From assembly GCA_965214775.1 (NCBI GenBank), contig OZ243974.1, positions 2,080,001 to 2,144,000 of the forward strand: a stretch of DNA of 64,000 nucleotides. Reading direction: 5' to 3'. The notes beneath the pieces are model-generated. The model had not been told where the DNA came from. It did not search any database and saw only the letters and a program-made list of their open reading frames with translations. This DNA comes from Nitrosopumilus sp. (GTDB lineage Archaea > Thermoproteota > Nitrososphaeria > Nitrososphaerales > Nitrosopumilaceae). Every line of letters starts with the position of its first letter. Position 1 is the first letter of the stretch. Of this stretch, positions 29,393 to 39,899 are shown in pieces. The position numbers and the translations under genes are program-made.

Positions 29393-30370
29393 GTGATCAG
29401 GAACAAGCTAAAACCTGAAAGGCCGGGCCGCCTGCCCATCTCCGACAAGATCTTCAAGGTTGGCGCGACCATTGCAGGTGTCTACGTCCTAGTCATGGTG
29501 GCATTACTGGTCTTCCAGTTGACTTCCGAGTCTTATCCTGTATGGGAGGAGGAGGGTCTGGGATTTATTACCGGTACTGATTGGAATGCCGTAGAGGGCC
29601 GTGAATCCTTTGGCGCACTACCCTACATCCTTGGAACGTTGGTGACAGCCGGTCTTGCAATGGCAATCGGGGTTCCGTTAAGCCTTGGAATTGCAATGTT
29701 TATCTCTGATGCCCCTGCAAAAATCGGGGGCCCCCTTGGGTTTGTTGTGGAGCTGTTGGCAGCAGTTCCAAGCGTCATTTACGGACTCTGGGGTCTGTTT
29801 GTCTTTCGAATCTACTTTAAGGACTGGGTTGAGGAACCCCTTCATGCAGTTTTTGGTGACTCGATCTTTTTATTTTCAGGCACTCCGTTTGGCCTTGACA
29901 TCCTGACTGCAAGCGTAATTCTTGCAATTATGATTATTCCGACGGTTTCTGCCGTTTCTCGTGAAGTGATGAAGGCCGTCCCGCAACAGCAAAAGGAAGC
30001 CGCCTACATGTTGGGTGCAACAAAATGGGAAATGTTCAAACTGGCAGTTTTTCCGTATTCAAAAACCGGGTTGATAGGCGCATCAATTCTGGGACTTGGA
30101 AGGGCAGTAGGCGAAACCATGGCTGTAACCATGTTGATTGGAAACGCAACTGGGATGGCGGCCATTCCCTCGTCATTCTTCAAGCCAAGCCAGACAATGT
30201 CAAGCATCATTGCAAATGAATTTGTCGAGGCATCCCCTGCCTCGATACATCTGCCGGCACTCATCGGCGTTGCACTGGTGTTGCTGTTGATTGCCATAGC
30301 CATCAATATCGTGGCACACGTTCTGGTAACTAGAATGCTCAAGGTAAAGGAGGGCGCAATCAACAATTGA
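29393..30370 (+). CDS. pstC: Phosphate ABC transporter permease
   Basis: ELLAAVPSVIYGLWG; GRAVGETMAV. Confidence 0.96.
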   Translation: MIRNKLKPERPGRLPISDKIFKVGATIAGVYVLVMVALLVFQLTSESYPVWEEEGLGFITGTDWNAVEGRESFGALPYILGTLVTAGLAMAIGVPLSLGIAMFISDAPAKIGGPLGFVVELLAAVPSVIYGLWGLFVFRIYFKDWVEEPLHAVFGDSIFLFSGTPFGLDILTASVILAIMIIPTVSAVSREVMKAVPQQQKEAAYMLGATKWEMFKLAVFPYSKTGLIGASILGLGRAVGETMAVTMLIGNATGMAAIPSSFFKPSQTMSSIIANEFVEASPASIHLPALIGVALVLLLIAIAINIVAHVLVTRMLKVKEGAINN

Positions 30371-31299
30371 GCACATCTAATGAAAGAAGGCAGGAATACC
30401 GCGCACTGTTCAAACAGAACGTCAAAAAACGCCTTCTGGTGGACAAGGCAGTCAGGATAATCGTCTTTTCTTGCGTTGTGATTGCAATTATTCCGCTAGG
30501 GAGTATCCTGCTTGAAGTCTTCAAGAACGGGGCTGCCGCAATCAGTTATGAGTTCCTGACTGAGACTCCCGGCGCAATTGGCTCTGGCCAAGGCGGAATC
30601 GGACCTGCAATTCAAGGCACCCTGATTATTATCGGTCTGTCCAGTCTGATTGGAGTCCCGATCGGCGTGATGTCCGGCGTCTTCCTGTCTGAATATGGCG
30701 ACAACAGGCTTGCCCGAAGCATCCGATTCTTCAACGATGTCTTTATGGAGTTCCCGTCAATCGTGCTAGGCATATTTGCATTTCTGGTGATTGTTCTTGT
30801 TCTGGGCCACTTTTCTGTCTGGGCAGGCGCATTTGCATTGTCCCTGATCATGTTTCCAATCGTTGCCAGAACCACTGAGGAATCCCTCAAAATGGTGCCT
30901 GTTACTTATCGTGAAGCTGGAACCGCCCTGGGATTGAAAAAATGGGTAATTACGTTCAGAATTGTGATCTCCGCTGCCAAAAACGGGATGATTACCGGCG
31001 TACTGCTCTCTGTCTCAAGAATTGGCGGGGAGACTGCCCCGTTAATCATGACCATTCTTGGAAGCAGTCAATTCTTTAGCAGCATGGATGTTCCGATGGA
31101 TGCCCTGCCTTTGAGAATCTGGCGGCTCTCTCTTCTTCCATATGACAGTGCCCAGCTTCAGGGCTGGGGTGCTGCCTTGGTGCTGATTATCATTATTCTT
31201 GGAATCAATCTAGGCGTGAGATACTTTTTTGCAAACAGAAAAAACAAGAGTAATATTTTCGGACAGTTAATTAAGAAAGGAGATCGAGCTAAAAATTGA
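30367..31299 (+). CDS. pstA: Phosphate ABC transporter permease
   Basis: PSIVLGIF; RIGGETAPL. Confidence 0.96.
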   Translation: MSTSNERRQEYRALFKQNVKKRLLVDKAVRIIVFSCVVIAIIPLGSILLEVFKNGAAAISYEFLTETPGAIGSGQGGIGPAIQGTLIIIGLSSLIGVPIGVMSGVFLSEYGDNRLARSIRFFNDVFMEFPSIVLGIFAFLVIVLVLGHFSVWAGAFALSLIMFPIVARTTEESLKMVPVTYREAGTALGLKKWVITFRIVISAAKNGMITGVLLSVSRIGGETAPLIMTILGSSQFFSSMDVPMDALPLRIWRLSLLPYDSAQLQGWGAALVLIIIILGINLGVRYFFANRKNKSNIFGQLIKKGDRAKN

Positions 31300-32147
31300 C
31301 TGCATTGACCGTTAGTAGACCATCTGGCGCTGAAACAACACAATCAACTCCCGCCTCTGCTTCTTCTCCTTCTGTGGCCCCTAGCACTGAAAAATACAAG
31401 ATGATTGCAGAAAATGTGACGATCAGCTATGACGGAATTGCGGCAGTCAAGGACGTCACAATGAAGTTCAAGGAACGTTCTGTCACTGCCTTGATTGGCC
31501 CTTCTGGTTGCGGAAAAACCACCTTCTTGCGCTGCCTTAACAGGATGCATGATATGACAAAAAACGCAACTGTTGCCGGAAGAGTAAAGATTGACGAAAT
31601 TGATCTTTATGACAAGTCAATTGATCCCATTTATCACAGAAGAAAAGTCGGCATGGTCTTCCAAAAACCAAACCCATTCCCAACAATGTCGATCTATGAC
31701 AATGTTACAGCTGGTCTAAAACTGAACGGTGTAAGGGACAGAAGGATTCTTGATGAGATTGTAGAGGACTCCCTAAGGATGGCATATCTTTGGGACGAGG
31801 TAAAAAATGATCTTAAAAAGTCTGCAATTGAACTTTCTGGCGGCCAGCAGCAAAGACTGTGCATTGCACGTGCGCTTGCCATTCAGCCTGAAGTCCTGCT
31901 GATGGACGAACCGGCATCTGCATTGGATCCAATTGCTACGCAAAAAATTGAGGAAACAATTACCGAACTAAAAAAGGAATATACCATCATTATTGTTACA
32001 CACAACATGCAACAGGCAGTCCGTGTCTCTGATTATACCGGATTCATGTATCTGGGAGACTTGATTGAGTTTAGGGAGACAAGGAAGCTCTTCACAGATC
32101 CCCAAAATGAGCTTACAGCAAAATATGTCCAGGGTCAATTTGGATAA
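31296..32147 (+). CDS. pstB: Phosphate ABC transporter ATPase
   Basis: [38 protein letters not shown]. Confidence 0.97.
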   Translation: MTALTVSRPSGAETTQSTPASASSPSVAPSTEKYKMIAENVTISYDGIAAVKDVTMKFKERSVTALIGPSGCGKTTFLRCLNRMHDMTKNATVAGRVKIDEIDLYDKSIDPIYHRRKVGMVFQKPNPFPTMSIYDNVTAGLKLNGVRDRRILDEIVEDSLRMAYLWDEVKNDLKKSAIELSGGQQQRLCIARALAIQPEVLLMDEPASALDPIATQKIEETITELKKEYTIIIVTHNMQQAVRVSDYTGFMYLGDLIEFRETRKLFTDPQNELTAKYVQGQFG

Positions 32148-32149
32148 TA

Positions 32150-32812
32150 ATGGCCAGACTAATAGATCCATCCCTGCAAAAACTGTCTTTTATAATGTCT
32201 GAGATGGGTGACATGGTAATTGAGTCAATCTCATTGGCAATAGAGTCGTACTTGGATGGCAAGAACACAAAACTAAAGGTTCTTGAGCTGTCTGACGCAA
32301 TCCGCTTGAAATACTTTGAGGTTGAGGATTTGACCTTTGATATGCTTCTAAAGTATCAACCGGTGGCCGATGACTTTAGACTGATTCGTTCATCAACTGA
32401 AATCTCCTATGCGTTTTCACGCTTTGGCAGATATGCTTATGACATCACTCTGGTCCGCGATCTGTTTGGTGACGTGACAGAATGCAAGAATGCGTCCCTG
32501 ATCCAGTCCTCAAAAAAAGTGAAACACATGATAAAAGAGGCCGTCCTGTCTTTTGCCGAGCTTGATATCCGAAAGGCAGCAAGGATTCAGGAGGACGAAA
32601 AGGAGATTGACAAGATTTACCGGGACAGGATTCCGAAACTCATCAATTCTGAAAACACTCGTTGCGCACTGGCCGAGGCCCTCTTGCTGCGATATCTTGA
32701 GCGCATCGGAGATCATGCTGTCTTCATGAGTGATGCCATCAACTACATAGTCACGGGAAAGCACAGGCCGTCTGAGGCCAGAATCGCCTCCCATACCAAA
32801 CAACTGCCTTAA
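32150..32812 (+). CDS. phoU: PhoU-family protein
   Basis: YQPVADDFR; LERIGDHA; follows pstB. Confidence 0.92.
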   Translation: MARLIDPSLQKLSFIMSEMGDMVIESISLAIESYLDGKNTKLKVLELSDAIRLKYFEVEDLTFDMLLKYQPVADDFRLIRSSTEISYAFSRFGRYAYDITLVRDLFGDVTECKNASLIQSSKKVKHMIKEAVLSFAELDIRKAARIQEDEKEIDKIYRDRIPKLINSENTRCALAEALLLRYLERIGDHAVFMSDAINYIVTGKHRPSEARIASHTKQLP

Positions 32813-32845
32813 TTTTTATTCAGGCAGATTTTTTGCGAGGTACAC

Positions 32846-33931
32846 ATGGAAGTATTGGAATTAATCCAGTCTAATCTGCTGACTCCCATCATCCTGTTCT
32901 TCTTGTTTGGGATTGTTGCGGCAAGAATAAAATCTGACTTGAAAATTCCCGAGGCAATTTCTGAATTTTTGCCAATCTACCTTCTAGCCGCAATTGGGCT
33001 GCATGGCGGAATCGAGATGCGAAGCACCGGGTTTGAAAACATGTTGGTTCCAATGTTTGCCGCAATTGGGTTGTCGCTGCTGTTTACGTTAAACCACTAT
33101 CAAATTTTACGAAGACTGGGAAAATTCAACCTGTTTGATTCCTATGCACTTGCATCAACCTATGGCGCAGTCGGCGCGGTTCATTTCTCAGTCGGCCTGT
33201 CTTTTCTGAAGAATCAGGGCGTGACGTCTGAAGGATACATTGCCGCAATACTTGCAGTGTTGGAACCGCTTGCATTCATTATGGCGATCTTCCTGACAAA
33301 TATCGCAGTCTCAAAGCAGTTAAAAGCAAAAAAGAAGTCTTTTGCAGGTGGCGAATCCTCAGACATTGACGTTGGATTGGGCCAAACAAGTACAAAACTC
33401 TCCCAGGTACTGCGCGAATCAATCACCGGAAAAGCAATCGTGATTCTTCTTGGGAGCATCGTAATCGGCTATATAATCGGCAAGGAAGGATTCGAACCAA
33501 TCATGATTGTCTTTGACGAAATGTTTACGGGTGCCATAGTTATCTTTATGATTGAAATGGGAGTCATAGCTGGTCAGAGATTAGACGACATCAAAAAGGT
33601 AGGCGTTTTTCTTACCGCGTTTGCCATAATCGTGCCTGTATTCAACGGAATGGTTGGCGTTGCCGTGGCAACATTGCTGGGATTAAGCATTGGAGGCGCA
33701 GTCATGTTTGGGTTGCTTATGGCCAGCGCCTCGTTTATTGCAGCGCCTGCCGTATTGCGCCATGCCATTCCTCAAGCAAAGCCAAGCCTTTACATTACTT
33801 CTGCATTGGGAATAACCTTCCCATTTAACATTATCGTGACACTTCCCATCCTGTTTGCAATCTCTACATTTCTTCACACCGGGGAGGGAACGATAGACTT
33901 ATTCCGATATGTTACAGAGGTATTTCGATGA
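32846..33931 (+). CDS. sbtA: Sodium-dependent bicarbonate transporter
   Basis: KSDLKIPEA...YLLAAIGLHGG; ASASFIAAPA; LGITFPFNI. Confidence 0.92.
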   Translation: MEVLELIQSNLLTPIILFFLFGIVAARIKSDLKIPEAISEFLPIYLLAAIGLHGGIEMRSTGFENMLVPMFAAIGLSLLFTLNHYQILRRLGKFNLFDSYALASTYGAVGAVHFSVGLSFLKNQGVTSEGYIAAILAVLEPLAFIMAIFLTNIAVSKQLKAKKKSFAGGESSDIDVGLGQTSTKLSQVLRESITGKAIVILLGSIVIGYIIGKEGFEPIMIVFDEMFTGAIVIFMIEMGVIAGQRLDDIKKVGVFLTAFAIIVPVFNGMVGVAVATLLGLSIGGAVMFGLLMASASFIAAPAVLRHAIPQAKPSLYITSALGITFPFNIIVTLPILFAISTFLHTGEGTIDLFRYVTEVFR

Positions 33932-34230
33932 AGCTTTACGATGTAAAATTGCTTACAGTCACATGTGAGATTCTGGCACAAAAAAGCGTTCTTGACATTC
34001 TGAGCAGGCATGACATCTCCGGTTACACGACCTATGAGGTAGAGGGAAAAGGCTCAAGAGGAATCCGGGGCCAGGGACTGAAAAATGAAAAAAATGTCAA
34101 GGTTGAGGCGATCGTGCGCCAGGACAAGCTTCAGGATGTTGTGGAGGAAATTTCAAGAACTCTCTTTGCGAATTTTGCAGTTGTTCTGTATGTTAGCGAT
34201 GTCGGCGTAGTCAGAACCGAGAAATTTTAA
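33928..34230 (+). CDS. sbtB: PII-like regulator of SbtA
   Basis: GYTTYEVEGKGSRG; VVRTEKF C-terminus; coupled to sbtA. Confidence 0.88.
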   Translation: MKLYDVKLLTVTCEILAQKSVLDILSRHDISGYTTYEVEGKGSRGIRGQGLKNEKNVKVEAIVRQDKLQDVVEEISRTLFANFAVVLYVSDVGVVRTEKF

Positions 34231-34244
34231 AAATAGCAATCATT

Positions 34245-34500
34245 TCATTGTCGCCTCCTTGACCACTTTCTCATCCAATCAAGTGATCTGGAAACTGATT
34301 CTGCTAGTTCTTGGCCTCTGCCAGTTAGTTTGTCTTTCAGGCGTGGAGATACCTCTGCAAACGTCCGCCTCTCCAAAATTCCTTGGGATGCGAGTTCTGA
34401 GAGTCCTGTGGGTGACGTCTTGCTGCTGATTCCTTTGAATGACTTTGAATTGTCCGTGTTTTGTCTGATCTGGCACAGCACAACGGAAATAAAATTTCAT
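34245..34500 (-). pseudogene. Decayed HxlR-family wHTH regulator
   Basis: GISSKT...LSELASQGILERRTFAEVSPR...LTGRGQEL resembles the HxlR C-terminal half; N-terminus frameshifted. Confidence 0.7.
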
Positions 34501-34540
34501 GTTAGTCCTTTTTGTGATTAAATCCGTGATGGATGGTTGG

Positions 34541-34650
34541 GTAACTGATCGGGTTCTGGAAGCTGCTTCTGTTTCAGGCACAGATTCTCTTTGATCGATA
34601 TTTATCAGTGACAAAATTCATGCCTGAACTTCCAGAGCCCGACCTGTTAC
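34541..34650. mobile_element. MITE family D (110 bp), IS66-like ends
   Basis: 22-bp TIR GTAACTGATCGGGTTCTGGAAG / CTTCCAGAGCCCGACCTGTTAC; flanks ATGGTTGG / ATGGTCGG (8 bp, one mismatch); copy at 43775. Confidence 0.88.
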
Positions 34651-34811
34651 ATGGTCGGCCTCTTTCAATAATTCTGCAGCGTCATACCAAATAAATCCAC
34701 ATCTGTTCTCGATAACTGACAGTTTCCTTCCTTTGGTTTCCATGCTCTTGAACCCCAAATTATCGGATCGAGACACATTTTGATCACCACATTTGAAGCA
34801 ACACATGGCTA

Positions 34812-34904
34812 GTGTGTGATCATCTGCCTCTGCCAATCAGGCACGAATCGGTATGTGTAATTATGATTTCTATGCCTAGCCAGCACGGGATGTGATCCCC
34901 CGTT
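34812..34904. mobile_element. Degenerate MITE family E copy
   Basis: Retains AGGCACG...TGCCTAG core and colinearity with 22120-22212. Confidence 0.55.
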
Positions 34905-34963
34905 GCTACGTATCATGGTTTTCAACCTCCTGTATTGGCAGTGTCAGATGTTTTCCACGCACA

Positions 34964-35392
34964 TCAGAGTTTTTTCTCTATTTTTTCCAAGGAAGAGATT
35001 ACCCTTGTCATGACACCCATCAGCTCACCATGGTTTTGATTCTGAGATGAGGCCATCTCCTTCTGAGATGAGGCCATCTCCTTCTGAGATGAGGCCATCT
35101 CCTTCTGAGATGAGGCAATTTCCTTGAGGATTTCGGTATGGGTTTTCAGGGTGTCATCTAATGCGTCAAACCGCTTGTGAAGGCTCCTTACTACCCGGCG
35201 TGTTGCCAGCATCATGTATATTCCTACGGAACCGGCGATAATAAAGGCACCTCCCAGGGCCTGCAGCATCTCTGAGTGAAACGGATCCAACCCAGCTGAC
35301 AGAATGACTGCTCCTGCTGCGACTATTGCAATCAGAAAGGAGTTGTCCATCACAATCTCACTCAAGTTTTTTGAATCCTCCTGCGGGTTCAT
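34964..35392 (-). CDS. Two-TM membrane protein with coiled-coil heptad repeats
   Basis: Two hydrophobic helices then KE(I/M)ASSQ x4 encoded by a 21-bp tandem repeat (about 35042-35125). Confidence 0.75.
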   Translation of the reverse strand: MNPQEDSKNLSEIVMDNSFLIAIVAAGAVILSAGLDPFHSEMLQALGGAFIIAGSVGIYMMLATRRVVRSLHKRFDALDDTLKTHTEILKEIASSQKEMASSQKEMASSQKEMASSQNQNHGELMGVMTRVISSLEKIEKKL

Positions 35393-35618
35393 GATGACTT
35401 GCCCTCACTCATATTGAATGTGACAAAGCATTGCAGTGTCGTTTCGCAATGATTTGACAGTAATTGAAAATCCATCCATCAATCACTTCCACAGACATAG
35501 CAGCTGACCTCCTGCGCGGAGGATTTTGTGCAGGCTGCTCTTTGAAGGAATGCTGTATTTTGCATGCCATATGTATGATCAAATATGATATAAGGGTACC
35601 GTACTATACGGTAACATG

Positions 35619-35748
35619 GGGGTTGTCGCCTAATTCCACCTGCCGGACTCAATCCGCACATTTTTCTGAATATCCGCCATTTTTGCACGCCTAGTCCGGA
35701 TAACATCGTATGATTTTCAGAAATTCTGATGAATTAGGCGACAACCCC
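35619..35748. mobile_element. MITE family A with 9-bp target duplication GGTAACATG
   Basis: Perfect 18-bp TIR GGGGTTGTCGCCTAATTC; duplication at 35610-35618 and 35749-35757. Confidence 0.95.
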
Positions 35749-36033
35749 GGTAACATGTTCAAAACCTCCAAAAATCCAACAGGAATCCACAACTTGAATA
35801 ATATTCAGCTGGAATTGCGTTTATGGGCAGAACACATTTGGAGACTCCCATCCAAAAACAATACGGCCAGAGCTGTCTGAAGACCAGCTTCAAATCTGCA
35901 ACAAGATATCGTGAAACTATTTGCGCTCGGCTCTTCGAATTTCTGACTGGCCCTGAGAGGTGGACATCTGGACAGGAACCATCCACGACATGACGAACCA
36001 CGTTTCCATAATTACACCTGCTACAATATTTTT

Positions 36034-36126
36034 GTATGTGGTCACGTCCCCTTGCTAGCTAGGCACGAAGATCACAACCATTCATGCTAATTCGTGCCTG
36101 ACTGGTGAGGGCAGGTGACCTCGTAC
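36034..36126. mobile_element. MITE family E with 8-bp target duplication ATATTTTT
   Basis: GTATGTGGTCAC...GTGACCTCGTAC, 93 bp; duplication at 36026-36033 and 36127-36134. Confidence 0.92.
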
Positions 36127-36261
36127 ATATTTTTTATAGTTGCGATTAAAAGTTCTTCAAAAACAAAGCGTTTTCCTAGCAGTCCGTACCCATACGTGTT
36201 GAAGAATTTTCGTTTGACACTGTGCTTGACAACTTTAATAGTCTGCCTAGTAAACCAAGGC

Positions 36262-37062
36262 ATGAAAAGTTTGATTAAAGGTGATATGAAAAAAATATAC
36301 TCCAAGATGATGGTATCTTCTGGAAACACTAACTACTACTGTTGCATTCCAAGTGAGTATCCGCCCGATGAATCTTCCACTGATGCAACAAAATTGATAG
36401 ATTATGATCAAAAGGATACCAAATCAATTCTGCAAGAATCGATTTTAGGAGTTGGACGTGGAGCTCCAATCAATCATGCTAATATCAAAGAAGTCGAGGT
36501 TGTCGTTGATCTGGATTCTGAAGCTGACATTGATGTTTTTTTGGCAGCAAAACCGGCATTGAATTCTGGAAAGTCTATTGGCATTGACATGGCTGATCAA
36601 ATGCTTGGGAAATCAAGAGAAAGCACAACACAAGGAAATTATTCAAATGTCGAATTCAGGAAAGGAGACACTGAAGTAACAACTCTGTTAAATCACAACT
36701 CCGCTGATGCTGTAATTGGTAACTATGCCGTAAATCCTACAACAAGCAAAATAAACACACTCAAAGAAGCCTTTCGAATTTTAAGAAAAAATGTAAGAAT
36801 GATGATTTCTGATTTGGTTGCTGGCGTGAAATTACTCGCAGAAAAAGTCAGTTCAGATCAACGCTGTGAGTGCATTGATGGCGGTGCAACAACAGCAACA
36901 ACAACGATAGTGACCAAAAAAGAAAACCGTCTTTCATCTGTCAAGGAGGACGGATTTGACACAATCAAAATATTAGAAGAAAGACAGAACTATACATGGA
37001 AGGCAAGAAAAAAAATCAATGGCAGAAAAATTTCCGGCCTTGCAATTAAAGCAATTAGATGA
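36262..37062 (+). pseudogene. arsM: Degenerate arsenite methyltransferase (frame open, motifs eroded)
   Basis: ESILGVGRGAP (expected GCGxP), VVDLDSEADID (expected DLGSGAGID), IGIDM, NVEFRKG; upstream of arsC. Confidence 0.75.
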
Positions 37063-37076
37063 TCCGGTTCTGAGAA

Positions 37077-37472
37077 ATGAAAAAAATCCTCTTTGTATGT
37101 GTTGAAAATGCAGGACGCAGTCAAATGGCCGAAGGATTTTTGCGCCATTTTGCGCCTGGAATGGATGTTTTGAGCGCAGGCACCAAACCAAAACCAGGAC
37201 TCAATCCAAACGTCGTAAGCGTTATGCAGGAAATCGGAATTGACATAACAAAGCAAAAGCCTAAAGAACTTACCGGTGAGATGATTTCTCAATCAATCAC
37301 TGTCAACATGGGATGCATGGATGAAGACTCGTGCCCTGCATTGTTTGTAAAGGGTGTCATTGATTGGAATATCTCAGATCCCAAAGACAAGGATCTTGAA
37401 CAAATCAGGGAGATTCGTGATCAAATAAAAAACAAGGTTATGAATCTGATAAAAAACCTGGAGAACAAATAA
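37077..37472 (+). CDS. arsC: Arsenate reductase, LMW-PTP family
   Basis: FVCVENAGRSQMAE P-loop; MGC....CP; WNISDP. Confidence 0.92.
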   Translation: MKKILFVCVENAGRSQMAEGFLRHFAPGMDVLSAGTKPKPGLNPNVVSVMQEIGIDITKQKPKELTGEMISQSITVNMGCMDEDSCPALFVKGVIDWNISDPKDKDLEQIREIRDQIKNKVMNLIKNLENK

Positions 37473-38152
37473 TGGCATATTCCAACCTTCAAATCTTTAC
37501 GGCTGAATTAATCGGTACTTTTGTCCTTGTAATTTTTGCAACCGGCTTTATCGTATATGATGCGAAAATGTTTGACGGTGAATTGGGAATTCCATTTGCA
37601 GCCGTTGCGCCTTTTATTGCCTTACTTATTGGAGTTTACTCGTTTGGGAAAATTTCACTAGCTCACTTTAATCCTGCAGTGACGATTGGCTACTATATTA
37701 CGGGCCACATATCAAAAATTCAAATCGCATATTATTTTGCAGCTGAGATTATCGGCGCTATTTTGGGCTCGTTATTTGTTTTGACTTTTATTGGTGATTT
37801 TGCGGATCTTGGCGCAAATGCGCCCAATTTTGATCACTCTATATTTTTGGTATTTCCGGTTGAAGCATTGGCGTCTGCAATGCTTATGGGGGTGATCTTT
37901 TACGTCGTTTATACAAAGGGATTGAAAGGATTCAGCGGCGTGGCCATTGGTGGCATTGTCGGACTTGATATCTTGTTTTTGGCGTCCCTGTCTGGGGCCT
38001 CGATGAATCCCGCAAGAGCCTTGGCACCCGCATTATTGTCTGGAACACTTGAAAACCTGTGGCTCTACTGGACGGCTCCCTTTGTGGGCACTGCAATAGT
38101 TGCCTTCTTGTTTAGGGGCAAATTCCAAGAGCAAAGACTTGCCGAATCCTGA
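37472..38152 (+). CDS. MIP-family aquaporin, probable arsenite channel by context
   Basis: HFNPAVT and SMNPARA motifs; coupled to arsC. Confidence 0.92.
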   Translation: MAYSNLQIFTAELIGTFVLVIFATGFIVYDAKMFDGELGIPFAAVAPFIALLIGVYSFGKISLAHFNPAVTIGYYITGHISKIQIAYYFAAEIIGAILGSLFVLTFIGDFADLGANAPNFDHSIFLVFPVEALASAMLMGVIFYVVYTKGLKGFSGVAIGGIVGLDILFLASLSGASMNPARALAPALLSGTLENLWLYWTAPFVGTAIVAFLFRGKFQEQRLAES

Positions 38153-38181
38153 GAGATACTGTTTTTGTGTTGATTGTGTAC

Positions 38182-39455
38182 TGTCTTATACAGAAATTAG
38201 GTCCGCCTAAGATAAGGCGTACGATGTACGAGTTTACCCCTCACCTGTGATACGGTGTGGCATGCGTGATCATAAAGGCTCCAGACACCAGTGACGCCCA
38301 AGGGGTAAACTCATACCACACGATCGCTGAATATTTCAGACTGTACCGATCAGATAAAGACATGACAAGAAAGATGTCGGACAAAGAGATTAGGTATGTT
38401 ATCAAGTGACGTAATGCCGGAAAGAGCGCCACGTCGCTGGCCCGCGACATGAAGGTGACGCCACGGCACGTGAGGAGGATTTACGCTAGGTATTGCCGGA
38501 CAGGAAAGATCAGTCTTCCCAGAAGTAACCGACTCACGGCGGTGCAGTAGGTGACATGCGGATCTGCAGGCATCCTCATCTGAATTGTTTCGAGCCTGGG
38601 ATGATTTGATGCGGTACTTCTGGGAAGACTGAAGATGCATGTACAGCAAAAGGTGGGAAGGCCGCACCGCAACCCGCGGCAGGTCAGATGCAGGCAGTCT
38701 TGGACATGCACTCTGCAGAACACGTAGGCGTGATGCGCACTGCCATGCGCCTGCAGGATGCAGGTCACATTATAAGCTACAACAGCACATATCATACAAT
38801 GAAAGAGCAGGGACTCGTTACTCCATCAGATGCCAAATCGGGCCAAAAGAAGTGGCTGCGCTATGAGCGCAAGTACTCCAACGCAATGTGGCACGTGGGC
38901 TGGCACGAAATGAATGATCCACGCCTGAGAGGGCTCAATCTAGTCACGTTTTTGGACGATTCATCCCGGTGTATCATGGCGGCACGGACGTTTGCCGAGG
39001 CCACATCAGAAAACGTGGTGATAACACTCAGGGAGGCCATAGACAGATTTGGCACGCCGGCTACCATACTGTCTGACAACGGCAGGTGCTTCAATGGCGG
39101 CCGCAGCAAGAAGAGCATGCCAAAGGGGACGTGGACGCCGACTGCCTTTGAGGCCGAACTGCTGGACCGGAGCATCGGACTGATAAACTCCAGACCGTAT
39201 CATCCGGAGACCAACGGCAAGATGAAACGGTTCCACGGCAGCATAGAGGCCGAGATCCGCCACTATGAGAGCTTGGATGCATACATCAAGTACTATAACG
39301 AGCGCAGGCTGCACTTTGGACTGGACATAGCCTGCCGCCAGACGCCCATCATGGCATTCTCGGACAAAACGGCCACAGAAGCGATCAGGAAATCTGACCC
39401 AAAATGGATGGAGAGGGACATCAATGAATAGCAGACATTATTTCCATATAACACA
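38182..39455 (+). mobile_element. Inactive IS481-family element
   Basis: Ends TGTCTTATACAGAAATTAGGTCCG / CAGACATTATTTCCATATAACACA (TGT...ACA, imperfect TIR). Confidence 0.82.
38362..39431 (+). pseudogene. IS481-type integrase-core transposase pseudogene
   Basis: HTH start MTRKMSDKEIRYVIK with in-frame TGA at 38407; core has WHVGW and GKMKRF where catalytic D and E are expected; ILSDNG retained. Confidence 0.85.
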
Positions 39456-39708
39456 TGAAGGCCGGGACAACAAACAAAATCACTAGACTTGATGCATAAT
39501 CTGTCGTGGCTAGAAATTCCGCAAGCTTTTCCAGACGCCGACGGTGTTGATCAGATCAAACCGCATGCGGATCCCGTCGTGACACACAAACACCGGTCTA
39601 TGTCAAAAGGACATGTGCAGCCCTGTAGCACGGCGATGTGCCCATCTGGTGAGTCAGGAACAAGGCGGCCGGTGCCGCCGTACGTCATATGTCAAGCAGC
39701 AGGTGGCA

Positions 39709-39796
39709 TGGTACGCACAGTTGAAATCTGGACATTTTTTATCAAAATAGGCACGATATGTCAAAATTACGGTCCGTTTTTTTGATGTGCACACTA
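39709..39796. mobile_element. Degenerate MITE family C copy
   Basis: Colinear with 16659-16746 (ACAGTTGAAA...CAAAATAG..ACGAT.TGTCAAAAT...TTTTTTGATGT...ACTA), same length. Confidence 0.65.
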
Positions 39797-39899
39797 CTGC
39801 AGATCCGCATATTCTCTCTTACACCACCACGAGCCAGTTACTTTTGGGAAGACTGTACTACGAATAATAATAATAATAATGCCATCTAAAGCAGTCCTG

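Noticed and set aside
34651-36260. Short ORFs 34618-34836, 35759-36001 and 36087-36329
   Set aside because: Overlap or abut MITEs with no convincing homology; possibly pseudogene debris
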